A stretch of DNA of 44,181 nt, taken from a virus (Duplodnaviria > Caudoviricetes). Shown here one piece after another: positions 24,301 through 32,585 of the stretch. The position numbers and the translations under genes were made by a program. The notes beneath the pieces were generated by a model. It did not search any database, was not told where the DNA came from, and saw only the letters and a program-made list of their open reading frames with translations. Where the stretch lies: the IMG/VR virus record IMGVR_UViG_3300037742_000022, positions 1-44,181 of that record. One strand, given 5' to 3'. Positions within the stretch are counted from its first letter, which is position 1; each line of letters starts with the position of its first letter.

Positions 24301-27300
24301 CGCCGGGTATCGGCTGCGCCACTGGTAAACAAGCTCGGTCCCGATCCCTTGGCGGCGGTAGGCGCGGTCAACCACCAGCGTCTCGCCGCTGTTGTAGCTC
24401 GCCACGACCCTATCGCCATCGAACACCGCGGCGCCGTCAGGCGAATACTTTGCGGTCAGGCCATCGCCGACCTGGAACGGCTCGGCCGCCACATCGGCGA
24501 GGGAAGAATAAGCGCGCGGCTTGAGATCGGCCGCGTTCGCGCTGGAAGTGATCTTCGGGTTGCCGATGAACTCCTCCCGCGTCATGCGCGACTCGGCCCG
24601 GCGATTCATTGGGTCGGCGTCGTACTCGGCGCGGGTGGCGGGTTCAATTTCAGCGCCAGGCCAGTTACGGCGCGCGCGCTCCAGGGCATGCGGCTTGTTG
24701 AGCCCCATGATCCCATCCACCATCGATTCCCCATCTTCGAACGTGACGCGCACCGGCTGGAAGAACTTGTATCCCTGCTCGCGGTACTCCTTCTGTGGGC
24801 CTTCGCGACGGAAGCCCATGAGGCTGTCCGGCGCTTTCTCGTAGGCACGCGACTGCGGCGACTTGCTCACAGCCGGCGCACCACGCTGCGGCACAGACGC
24901 GGCGCCGTCCTTCACGTAGCGCCACGCGCCCTCGATCAGCGCGTACACGTCCTCGTCGCTGAATGGCTCACGCTGCGCTTCGGTGCCGCGCAGACGCGCC
25001 ACGGCTTCGTTAAGCGCAGCCTTCAACTGCTGCACGAGGCGAGCGACGTAGCCCGCCACCGTCGCGCGCTGCGCCTGCGGCACCTTCACGCCGTAGCGCG
25101 ACTCGATCTCGCCGTAGTTCCCGGTGCGGACAGCGGCGGCCAGTTCGGCAATCGCTTCCTCGGTCGCCTGCGTGGCGCTGTAGCCCTCGGCTTTCTGGAT
25201 CGCGTCAGCCACTGCGGCAATCGTCGGGTTCTGGCGTGCGCGGCCGATCGTCGCGGCGAAGGCTTGGAACGCCTTGCCTCGATCCGCTTCCTGCCCCATC
25301 AGCATCCCGCGCAGACCGACATGGCCGGCGCGCTCGTGAAATGCGACCCACACCGCACGATCAGCCGTCTCGACCTGATCCTCGAAGATGTAGGACTGCC
25401 CGGTTTCCGGGTCGAAGAATCCTTCCGTCCGGTCGTTCAGCGGGCCGACGCGCGCGGCAACATCGGCGGGCAAGCTGGCCTTGGACGGCAGGACGTTGGT
25501 GTCGCGCGCGGCTGGGCCGAGCGCCTTGGACACGGCATCGCGCATCGGTGATGGTGCGGCGGTGCCGGGTTGCTGCGCGCGGGAGAATGGTGGCGCCATG
25601 GGATCAGTCCAATCCGCCCCACCCTGCCGGTCGGCCTCGGCGAAGCGGCGCGCATGGTCGATGAACCGCTGATCGCGAACGCCCAGCTTCTCACCGCGCT
25701 CGAACTTATCAAAGGCAGATCGGGCCTGTGCCTCGTTGATCGGGTCCGGGCGGTCGCGCCAGAACGACGAGAACCCGCCATTGACCCGCGGGCGGCCGAC
25801 CCACGACGTGCGCGCAACAACATCACCGCCCTTGCCACCATCTTCCTCGATGTCGCGGATGATCTTGCCGCCGCGCTGATCCCAGCCGATCTCGTCGCGG
25901 TAGGCAAGGATGCTGGCGGTGTCGGGCGCTACTTCGGCTTGCGCGTTTCCGGCAGGTACTGCCTGGCCTGTTCCGCCAATCGCTGCTGCGTCTCCTGCTG
26001 CTGCCGGCGCAATTCCTCCATCTGCTTCTCCGGCGACAGGTGATCCACGCCCAAGCGTTTCAGCCTCGATTCGCTGCTCATACGGTTCCCCTTTCTTGCG
26101 TAGTTCGACCTGCGTGTCTGCGTTGCGCAGGATGTCCCCGATCTTCTGCCCCGGCAACACTTCGCTCGTGCCGTAGTGCAATCCTACGCCCGGCGCCGCC
26201 CCTTTCGGATGCGGCAGGTCTGCAAACTCTTGCGTCTGCGCGGCAAAGCTGTCACGAGCGCGCGCCATGGCAGCGTCGACCGTGGGCTTGTCCGCGCCCT
26301 GGACGATGAAGCTGATCTCGTCGCCGCCCTTGCGGATGCCGACAGCCGCGCCCAAAGGCTCCAATTCTGCGCGCACGGTGTCGGCAAAACGCTTGAGGTA
26401 AGGGTCAGCACCAGACGCGCCCAGCTTTGCATTGAGCCCTCCGAGATTGGTCAGGTCGGTTTCCACGTAGACCGCCGGCTGGCCGCTTTCCTGCGCCGCG
26501 GTGATCGTTGCGTCCAGTTCCTCCGGGCGATACAGGCCCGTGACGCGATCGCGCGGGAGCGGCTTGCGCATGCGCGCGCGCACAGCGTCTATCTGCTCTG
26601 GCGGCAGCGACAGTTCGGCAGCCAGTTCCGCGGCGTCGCGCTCGAAGGCGGCGGATGCGCGGGCGTCCGGGTCAATGCTCAACGGCGGGGCGGCATCTGG
26701 CTGCGCTGGCGCCGAGGTTTCACGCGGAGCCAGTCGTGCCTGCGCCTCGGCCGGCGTCAGCTTGGCAATCTCGCTGCGCGTCATGCCCTGCGCCAGCAAT
26801 GCCTCGCGCATCGGGCGCGTGACCATGATCGGCACTTCGGGAGAAGCCGCCAACGGGTCAGCAGGCAGTGGCTTCCTGCCCTTCTTCGCCAAAGCGGTGC
26901 TGATTTGCTCTGGCGTCATGGACCCAATCAAATCAGGCGTATACCCAAGACTCCGCAGATAGTCTCGATTTGATTCGTCGTTTGTCATCCCTTCGTACTT
27001 CGGAACTTCGACGAATGCTGCTGATTTTACCGGCGCATCCTCGGGCAAGGTCGCCGCCTGCGCCGGGCCGGTGGGGATGCGGGCATCGGGAAGGGGAGCC
27101 TGCGGCGCAGGCGGCGAGGGGGTCGGAGTTATGGCAGCAACCATCGCCTCCAGATCGGAAACGTCCTCCGGTGCCGGGCCGGGCATTGGCGCGTCGGGGA
27201 GGTCGTCGAATAGTGGGGCAGCAGGAGTAGCGCGGGGCTTCGTTGCGAATTCGGCCCCGGCAATCGCGGCACCTGGCAGCCCGCCGGCAACCGCGCCGAG

Positions 27301-28422
27301 CGCGCCAGCATTGGCCGCTTCCGTCAGATTCGGATCGCGGCCCATGGCAAGGTCGGCGATGATGTTCTGCCCGCCTTCCTCAACGCCTTCCAGCGGCGCA
27401 TCGGCCACGAAGCCCTTACCGAGCGCGCCGATGAACGACGATGCGTTGCCGCCCAGGGCCCGGGCCAGCACGCCGCCGAGCCCGCCGGTCACGCCGGACA
27501 GCGCGGCCGTGCCAGCCTGCGCGTTCTCCGCGCGGCGCTGCGCCTCGGCCGGGGCCAGCCCTTCGTCCAAGGCTTCCTTGCGGGTGTCGAAATACTGCCC
27601 CTGCGAGACGGCGGCGGAATTGCTCAAGCCGAACCCGAGTGCGTTCGCGAGCTTCCCACCAGCGCCGGCAATGCCTTGTCCGCCGGCAAGCAAGCCGGGG
27701 ATCGCGGGCAGGGATTCCAGAAGCGTGCCGACGATCTGCTCGCCGGTCGGGGCGCCCAGCGTCAGGTCGCCAGCCGTGTCACGTCCGATGATCTTGCTGT
27801 CCAATTCGGACTGGTAGGCCGCCGGCATCAGCGCCGCGGCCCCAGAAATGCCGGGCTCGAACGCATCGCCGATCTCGTTCACCATCTGGTCGCCACGCGC
27901 CATCCCCAGCGGACCAAGCACGAGATCCGGGATGGCGTTCGACGCACGGACGCCCAGCGCCAGCGTGTCGCGGCTGGCGCGCATGATGCCGCGGCCGAGC
28001 TGCAGACCCGACCCAAGCGCGAACTCGCCCATCGTCGTCTCAGGCGTAGTCGCCACATCCGGCAAGTCGTCGAACAGGCTCGCGACCGGCTGGCGCGGGG
28101 CCGAATACTGTTGTTCTTGGTCGTTGTGCAAGCTCTCGGCGTAGGCCGTCGCCTCGTCTGGCGTCTTGAACTTGCCGAGAAACTGGCCGGTGCGGCGGTA
28201 TTCCTGGATCGCGTCATCGTCGGACAGCACGCGCCCGTCGCCGCTGACCGTTGGAATCAACACTTCCTCGCCGTCGAAATTGACCGACATGCTGCGCACG
28301 GTACTGATCGACCCGTCAGGGTTGCGCACCACTGGCCGGTTCGCCAAGTCGATATTGCCGAGCCCATACGCCGCCGGCCGCTTGGCGGAAACATTCGGCA
28401 GATCGTCGAACAGGCCGGCCAT
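21334..28422 (-). CDS. Giant polyvalent ejection (internal virion) protein with GGDEF-like, zincin, GNAT and LPD38 modules (2362 aa)
   Basis: Last gene of the ejection-protein cluster. Motifs: DRVTGLY..DLTNLGGLN..GAD..RKGGDEI; HERAGH..EEAIAE; RRQGIGTEL; C-terminal NFNRKG..FLFYNA..WNKVPDHVKRRNIVLP..IPMPYG. Confidence 0.85.
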   Translation of the reverse strand: MAGLFDDLPNVSAKRPAAYGLGNIDLANRPVVRNPDGSISTVRSMSVNFDGEEVLIPTVSGDGRVLSDDDAIQEYRRTGQFLGKFKTPDEATAYAESLHNDQEQQYSAPRQPVASLFDDLPDVATTPETTMGEFALGSGLQLGRGIMRASRDTLALGVRASNAIPDLVLGPLGMARGDQMVNEIGDAFEPGISGAAALMPAAYQSELDSKIIGRDTAGDLTLGAPTGEQIVGTLLESLPAIPGLLAGGQGIAGAGGKLANALGFGLSNSAAVSQGQYFDTRKEALDEGLAPAEAQRRAENAQAGTAALSGVTGGLGGVLARALGGNASSFIGALGKGFVADAPLEGVEEGGQNIIADLAMGRDPNLTEAANAGALGAVAGGLPGAAIAGAEFATKPRATPAAPLFDDLPDAPMPGPAPEDVSDLEAMVAAITPTPSPPAPQAPLPDARIPTGPAQAATLPEDAPVKSAAFVEVPKYEGMTNDESNRDYLRSLGYTPDLIGSMTPEQISTALAKKGRKPLPADPLAASPEVPIMVTRPMREALLAQGMTRSEIAKLTPAEAQARLAPRETSAPAQPDAAPPLSIDPDARASAAFERDAAELAAELSLPPEQIDAVRARMRKPLPRDRVTGLYRPEELDATITAAQESGQPAVYVETDLTNLGGLNAKLGASGADPYLKRFADTVRAELEPLGAAVGIRKGGDEISFIVQGADKPTVDAAMARARDSFAAQTQEFADLPHPKGAAPGVGLHYGTSEVLPGQKIGDILRNADTQVELRKKGEPYEQRIEAETLGRGSPVAGEADGGIAPAAAGDAAAIGGTGQAVPAGNAQAEVAPDTASILAYRDEIGWDQRGGKIIRDIEEDGGKGGDVVARTSWVGRPRVNGGFSSFWRDRPDPINEAQARSAFDKFERGEKLGVRDQRFIDHARRFAEADRQGGADWTDPMAPPFSRAQQPGTAAPSPMRDAVSKALGPAARDTNVLPSKASLPADVAARVGPLNDRTEGFFDPETGQSYIFEDQVETADRAVWVAFHERAGHVGLRGMLMGQEADRGKAFQAFAATIGRARQNPTIAAVADAIQKAEGYSATQATEEAIAELAAAVRTGNYGEIESRYGVKVPQAQRATVAGYVARLVQQLKAALNEAVARLRGTEAQREPFSDEDVYALIEGAWRYVKDGAASVPQRGAPAVSKSPQSRAYEKAPDSLMGFRREGPQKEYREQGYKFFQPVRVTFEDGESMVDGIMGLNKPHALERARRNWPGAEIEPATRAEYDADPMNRRAESRMTREEFIGNPKITSSANAADLKPRAYSSLADVAAEPFQVGDGLTAKYSPDGAAVFDGDRVVASYNSGETLVVDRAYRRQGIGTELVYQWRSRYPAPAKARERTRASQKIQESVWARMERERAAPPEDSSADQTQTPLESRRTRTQAEIEADQRRGIAAGVLPVARGTPGWNYDESVWEGRKGARKRARAVLQDKMTAWADVQSQLAEQLGRDLPDVQNVYQVENLMHGRVSNAIDAMERTQVEPLVKAMRDAKVKTETLEEYLYARHAKERNAQIASINDAMQDGGSGMTNAEADKILAAADRSALEPLAKRVDAMTRANRKRLLDAGLITQEAFDTMDAQYKHYVPLRGKATKETDFQNAGGSAGRGVDTRRSPVQQALGRGAGNRAQNILGEVIGDAQRGIILAEKARVGRAVMRIVLANPNPALWQVEPVQTERKVDANGEVYEAVVQDWSDPSIVAVKLKGQTYKVQINNQPLAQALNNVGIDQLNAVTRAAGKINRYFSAVLTQYNPAFVPVNASRDALFGLTGLAVEHGELAALDAALNYPKAAIASFRSATNRLGTGVWDTWAREFAEAGGKTGYVSMPSVEDLQAKIGKGRLTGYSPTGLAGATRVVGDAVAAVNDSVENALRLSAYVTLRKRGMSVDKAAIYAKNLTVNFNRKGSSGSALNAWFLFYNAATQGAVRTGTLLRKPKVYAYLGALAGIQVAGTMAMLGMEDDDGESMWNKVPDHVKRRNIVLPLGGEHILTIPMPYGFNLFTYMAGRTAAAVVSDEDRPENRAGKLTADILSAATESFMPVPIGDGAMGFLPTVLRIPTNIQTNRNDFGRQIRQENPYGKFDVPRASIGRPDTLELFKLTATGLNRVGGGDEYTPPPMSWFDHAPEDIEYLLGEVTGGAGKFVIDVATLGEKAAGDAPVTMRDVPIVSRFATKVNEQAAQQSLYYERSDALNRSLERLRDTFERDGEAKAEAMLRASPELSGVAFRRRKNKGQNGQAPGSIIVSDGRPQVVAVPGSMFDAYKDAEKAVRARNEAMRDAYGKTPASLIPTAETRARDKQMLAESKKREEAQRKFNAAWLRDVVGAAE

Positions 28423-28425
28423 GCG

Positions 28426-29298
28426 TCAGTTCCCCATCTCGATTCCCAATTCTCGCAGACGCGCGCGCACAGCAACAGGGTCTTTCCCCGCCTCGATCGC
28501 GGCGCGTGCCTGCGCGATCGCCATCTGCCTCGCCTGCGGGTCGCGGAACCGCGCCGGGTCCAGATCGGCGCGCGTCACCGGGCCGGCAGGCAAAGCGCCC
28601 TGCGCGCCCGGGTCGACGAACACGACATCGCCCGGATTCGTGAAGGTGTTGGCCGGCGTGCCGAGCGGCATCGAGGTTTCGGCAGAGACGCCGGGTGTCG
28701 TAGCTGCGGCAGGCGTGGTGACGGCTGCAACCTTCGGAGCGAATCCGCCGGCCGCCGCCTGCACCGCGTACTTGCCGCCCAGCGCCAATTCCTTTTGCGC
28801 CTGCGCGGCGTACCGACCAGCAGATGCTTCGCGCTCCGCGATGCGGGATTGCCCCACGTCCGTCGCATACATCGGCTGCTGCGGCCCCAGCATCGGGTTG
28901 AACGCGGTGTCGCCGCTGATCTTGGTCAGGTCTTGCGGGCCACCCAGGCTGATCAGATTGGCGTTTGCGCCAGCCAGGTCGCCGCCAAGTGCAGCACCGC
29001 GCGCATCGCGGCGCGTGTTGAACTCGCCGAGATTCAGCAGGCCCTGCGTGAGCTGCGCCGTGTTGCCGCCGCCGGCCTGAAAAATCCCCGCCGTGTCGCC
29101 CAACCCCAGCGGGGCCAAAGTCTGCCCGATGCCCTCCAGCGCAATGCGCTGGTTGCGCGCCATCGTGGCGTCTTCCATCGCCTTGTCGCGGCTGTAGCCT
29201 GCGTTCTGCGCGCGGTAGTTGCGCAGAAGCTGATCCTCGTAGGCCGCGTTGCCGCCGCCTCCGCCGAGCGCTGCGCCGAGCTTCGCCCATCCTTCCAT
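28426..29298 (-). CDS. Internal virion / ejection protein (290 aa)
   Basis: Ala/Gly/Gln-rich; start MEGWAKLG by TGATG coupling. Confidence 0.7.
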   Translation of the reverse strand: MEGWAKLGAALGGGGGNAAYEDQLLRNYRAQNAGYSRDKAMEDATMARNQRIALEGIGQTLAPLGLGDTAGIFQAGGGNTAQLTQGLLNLGEFNTRRDARGAALGGDLAGANANLISLGGPQDLTKISGDTAFNPMLGPQQPMYATDVGQSRIAEREASAGRYAAQAQKELALGGKYAVQAAAGGFAPKVAAVTTPAAATTPGVSAETSMPLGTPANTFTNPGDVVFVDPGAQGALPAGPVTRADLDPARFRDPQARQMAIAQARAAIEAGKDPVAVRARLRELGIEMGN

Positions 29299-29951
29299 CA
29301 CCATGTCCTCGGTTGGTACACGTAGCCGCTGGCGTAGGGGCCGGGCTGTGTTGCGGCGCCAGCAGCGCCGCCCATTGCAGCGCCGCCACCCATTGATCCG
29401 GCATAGGCACTGGCTGCGGTCGCAGCGGCATCGATCCACGGATTGCGGCGGATGGCGCGCAGGCGCAAGTCGTCGATGAAGGACTGCCCTTGTGCCGCGC
29501 GGGATTCGAGATTGATGTCAGTCCCAAGAAAGCCCACGTCCCGCGCTTCACCCTGTCTCTGCATGGTCGGCGCATCGATGCGGCTCAGAAGCCCGGCGTT
29601 CGTGGCGCCGTAGTCCGACACGCCCTGCTCTGCGATCGCGGCATCGGACTGGAACGCGGACCCCCCGGGGCCGTCGAGCCCGGCGCCTGCCATCGCCTGC
29701 TTGCGGCGAAGCTGGTCGGCGTAGCTCTGCAAGGCTTCCGCGCGCTCGTCGGCCGCGTTGCTGCCTTCAAGCTTCTTGACGTTCTCGTTGACCTTGGCGT
29801 CGATGTCACGCTGGCGACGGGATTGGTTGCGGATGCTGTCCGCTGCAGCACTGTCCTGCCGGCGCGCGGTCTGACGGGTGTTGTAGGCCTGCGCGCCTGC
29901 AGCAGCGGCAGCAACGGCAAGCGCGGCGATGGTCGAGGTTGCAAGGGCCAT
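29298..29951 (-). CDS. Internal virion / ejection protein (217 aa)
   Basis: Hydrophobic Ala-rich N-terminus, helical middle and Gly-rich end, typical of podovirus pilot proteins. Confidence 0.7.
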   Translation of the reverse strand: MALATSTIAALAVAAAAAGAQAYNTRQTARRQDSAAADSIRNQSRRQRDIDAKVNENVKKLEGSNAADERAEALQSYADQLRRKQAMAGAGLDGPGGSAFQSDAAIAEQGVSDYGATNAGLLSRIDAPTMQRQGEARDVGFLGTDINLESRAAQGQSFIDDLRLRAIRRNPWIDAAATAASAYAGSMGGGAAMGGAAGAATQPGPYASGYVYQPRTW

Positions 29952-29954
29952 GGC

Positions 29955-30401
29955 TCAGTCCAGGATCTTCGAGTAGGAGGATTCGCAGAGCGTAAAGCCC
30001 ATGCGCTCGTAGAGAGCGCCGGCCTGCGGCGGGCTGTTTGCGAGGTGCGTCATCTGGATCATGCTCGCGCCGGCTTCGCGGCACGCGGGCTCCACCGCTT
30101 CGAGCAAGGCTCGACCGACGCCGGACCGCTGCGCGCCAGGATGCACCCACCACATAATCTCGTGCGCCGACTTCATCGCGGCGTTGAACGGGAACGGCGC
30201 CACGATCAGGCCGACCATGCCGAGCAGTTCGCCATTCTCCTGCGCCACCAGCAGCACGCCGTCGCGCATCACGTTGATCAGCGCCCGGGCAGACCCCTGG
30301 CAATACGGCGAGAACGCCGCATAGTGCGTGCTGTCGTAGAACGCGCGGCCCATGGCGACGATGTCGGCCACGTCCTCGTCGATGGCGCTGCGAACGATCA
30401 T
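29955..30401 (-). CDS. GNAT-family acetyltransferase (148 aa)
   Basis: IVRSAIDED..LLVAQENGELLGM..WWVHPGAQRSGVGRALL..LYERMGF. Confidence 0.85.
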   Translation of the reverse strand: MIVRSAIDEDVADIVAMGRAFYDSTHYAAFSPYCQGSARALINVMRDGVLLVAQENGELLGMVGLIVAPFPFNAAMKSAHEIMWWVHPGAQRSGVGRALLEAVEPACREAGASMIQMTHLANSPPQAGALYERMGFTLCESSYSKILD

Positions 30402-31009
30402 CCGCCGTATCCGTAGTTGGCCTGCTGGCCGTAGAGGTTGAACCCGGTTTCCTGATTTGCACGACGGCGTTGTGACGCCTCGCGGGACTGGTTCAGGAAC
30501 TCGGCGAAGGTGCCGCCAAATGCGCCGATGTCCGACACGTTGTTCGCGGATCGGGCCGCTTCCAGGTTCGTGCGCAGCCCGGCGGCGGCTTGCGATGCGG
30601 CCGTGGTGGCGTCGAGCCCGGACGTGGCAAGCTGGATCAGGCGGGCGCGCGCATCCTGATCGGAGGCCTCGATGTCTGCACCGACAGCGCGGGACCGGCG
30701 ATCGACTTCGAGAACGCCCTTGTTGTACTGCCGGCCCAGTTCCGCACTCTGGTCGATCTGCGTGCTGCCGCCGACCAGGCCGTTGCGCGCAAGCGCGAAC
30801 TTGAGCTGGCGGTCCTGCAGGCTCTTGTCCTCGTCGAGCCCTTGTAACCCGAGATCACGGTTCGCTGAAACGGCGTCGGCGATGTCGGCCTGTCGCTGCG
30901 GCGAGTCGAATACCTGGTTGACTCGCGACTGCGTTTGCCGGATCGCGGCGATCCTCGCATCCTCGGCTTGCTGAGCCGCGCGCTGGGCGGAATTGCTGCT
31001 CGAACCCAT
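30398..31009 (-). CDS. Internal virion protein (203 aa)
   Basis: MGSSS start, helical, LKFALARNGLVGGS; ejection-cluster position. Confidence 0.7.
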   Translation of the reverse strand: MGSSSNSAQRAAQQAEDARIAAIRQTQSRVNQVFDSPQRQADIADAVSANRDLGLQGLDEDKSLQDRQLKFALARNGLVGGSTQIDQSAELGRQYNKGVLEVDRRSRAVGADIEASDQDARARLIQLATSGLDATTAASQAAAGLRTNLEAARSANNVSDIGAFGGTFAEFLNQSREASQRRRANQETGFNLYGQQANYGYGG

Positions 31010-31012
31010 GAC

Positions 31013-31489
31013 TCACCTCACCTTTGCGAACGAGACGGCATCAGAGCCGTCCGCGAAGAATCGACGATGCACGCCTTCCTGCACCATGCCAAGGCCACGC
31101 GCGTACCAGTCGCATGCCTCACGCCTCTCGGGAAGAACATACGCCTGCACACGCGCCACGCCTTGCTTGAGCGCGCTATCGATGATCCTGCGCGCAGTGC
31201 GCGTGATGCGGTCGCCGTAACGCAGCCAGCCAGATTCCGTCGCCAGCATCCAGCATTCCAGCGTGTTCATGCGCACCGGCTCCAGTCCGCCGGCCACATA
31301 GATATGCCCGTTGCGGTCGAGCAGACAGAAATGCGGGCCGGGGATGGCTTTCAATCCCGCCACACACGCATCCTCCGACCACGCGTGCGCAGTCAGCGCC
31401 TCCCACTGCCGGCGCTCGCTGGCGGACGCGCCAGCGGCCAGGGCAGCGTAGTCCTGCGGCCGCGGGTACGAGAGCGTGCCGTCGGCCAT
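31013..31489 (-). CDS. GNAT-fold virion morphogenesis protein (T7 gp13-like position, 158 aa)
   Basis: AGG..ECWMLAT..RVQAYV..W..GLGMVQEG..FFADGSDAVSF. Confidence 0.65.
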   Translation of the reverse strand: MADGTLSYPRPQDYAALAAGASASERRQWEALTAHAWSEDACVAGLKAIPGPHFCLLDRNGHIYVAGGLEPVRMNTLECWMLATESGWLRYGDRITRTARRIIDSALKQGVARVQAYVLPERREACDWYARGLGMVQEGVHRRFFADGSDAVSFAKVR

Positions 31490-32010
31490 CAGCGGCCCAC
31501 CGAAAAATCGTGCAGCGTGACGTTCACCGACAGCAACTCCCACGCTTGCGAATCCTCATCCGGTAGGAAGCGGATGCACGGGGAAATGGACGGGGCCGAG
31601 AACGGCATTGGCACCATCATGCCGGGAATCGTGTCGTCCACATCGAGCTGGTACGGCGGTGTCTCGATGGCAGGCTGCCGCTCGTCGTAGAAGAAGCTGA
31701 TTTGTGCGTCCTGCGTGGCGATGACATCGAAACCCTCGACCATCTTGGTCACGCCAGGATTGCCGAAGTCCAGCCACGGCCACTGCACCATGCCGTTGAA
31801 ATACGTCGTCTGTGCGCCGTCGCCGTCGGTGTATTCGTCCGCCTGCACGCCTTCGGTCACGACAGACACCGAATCAACGCCGTCGATGGTGTGGCGCACG
31901 TACAGCCTGTTGTTGAGCTGCGCGAATTCGGTGATGTCGTAGGGGAAGAAATAGCGCGACCACGAACCGCCGTTCGGGCCTTGCATGTAGACGTAGACGA
32001 TCGTGCTCAT
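31489..32010 (-). CDS. Tail nozzle/tubular protein, C-terminal part (173 aa)
   Basis: Beta-rich VYVY..WSRYFFP..VQWPWLDFGNPGVTKM. Confidence 0.6.
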   Translation of the reverse strand: MSTIVYVYMQGPNGGSWSRYFFPYDITEFAQLNNRLYVRHTIDGVDSVSVVTEGVQADEYTDGDGAQTTYFNGMVQWPWLDFGNPGVTKMVEGFDVIATQDAQISFFYDERQPAIETPPYQLDVDDTIPGMMVPMPFSAPSISPCIRFLPDEDSQAWELLSVNVTLHDFSVGR

Positions 32011-32585
32011 GTCGCCCTCCCGAGCTGCCACTGCAAGCGCTGGCCGGTGTTCATGGCGATCTTCTCCAGCGTGCGCCCAGCCCCGACAAACTGCAGGGGA
32101 TAGTCTACGCCGTAGCGGTCGCGTTGCATCCGCATGTAAAGCTCGCCGGTGAGAAGATACCCGAGGATCACGTCGGAGCTTGTGCTCTGCATCGCGCGCT
32201 TGTCGTCATGGGTGACGCGCGGGTTGATTGCACCAAACGGCAGGCTGGTGAATATCTGCTGCTGCGTCAGGGTATCGAACCACCAGAATTGTGCCTGCCC
32301 GTTGCGCACAAACGCGATCGTGGGGTTCATGTTTGTATCGAATGCCAACGACAGCTCCGTGATTCCGGACAACGAGAACTGCACCGTATCCGGCACGTCA
32401 GCCGCGCCGAGCATCACGTCGTCGCCGTCGAGGTAGACGGTCCACTGTTTCACGCGCAGCCCTTCCGACCCATCCCGCAGTGCCACGCCGCCAAGCTCCG
32501 AATCGACGAGGGGATCGAACGCGATCGCCTCCCCGTCGATGTAGGGCGCCGGAATGGCTGTCGTGCTGAGGACGTTCTGCGGCAT
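32007..32585 (-). CDS. Tail-associated protein (192 aa)
   Basis: Beta-rich; start MPQNVLST by TGATG coupling. Confidence 0.65.
   Translation of the reverse strand: MPQNVLSTTAIPAPYIDGEAIAFDPLVDSELGGVALRDGSEGLRVKQWTVYLDGDDVMLGAADVPDTVQFSLSGITELSLAFDTNMNPTIAFVRNGQAQFWWFDTLTQQQIFTSLPFGAINPRVTHDDKRAMQSTSSDVILGYLLTGELYMRMQRDRYGVDYPLQFVGAGRTLEKIAMNTGQRLQWQLGRAT

Noticed and set aside
22984-25551. Long antisense ORFs (855 aa here; also 27676-29325, 40054-41931, 9517-11247 and 11486-12979)
   Set aside because: These are shadows of real genes in GC-rich DNA, with no motifs or translational coupling.
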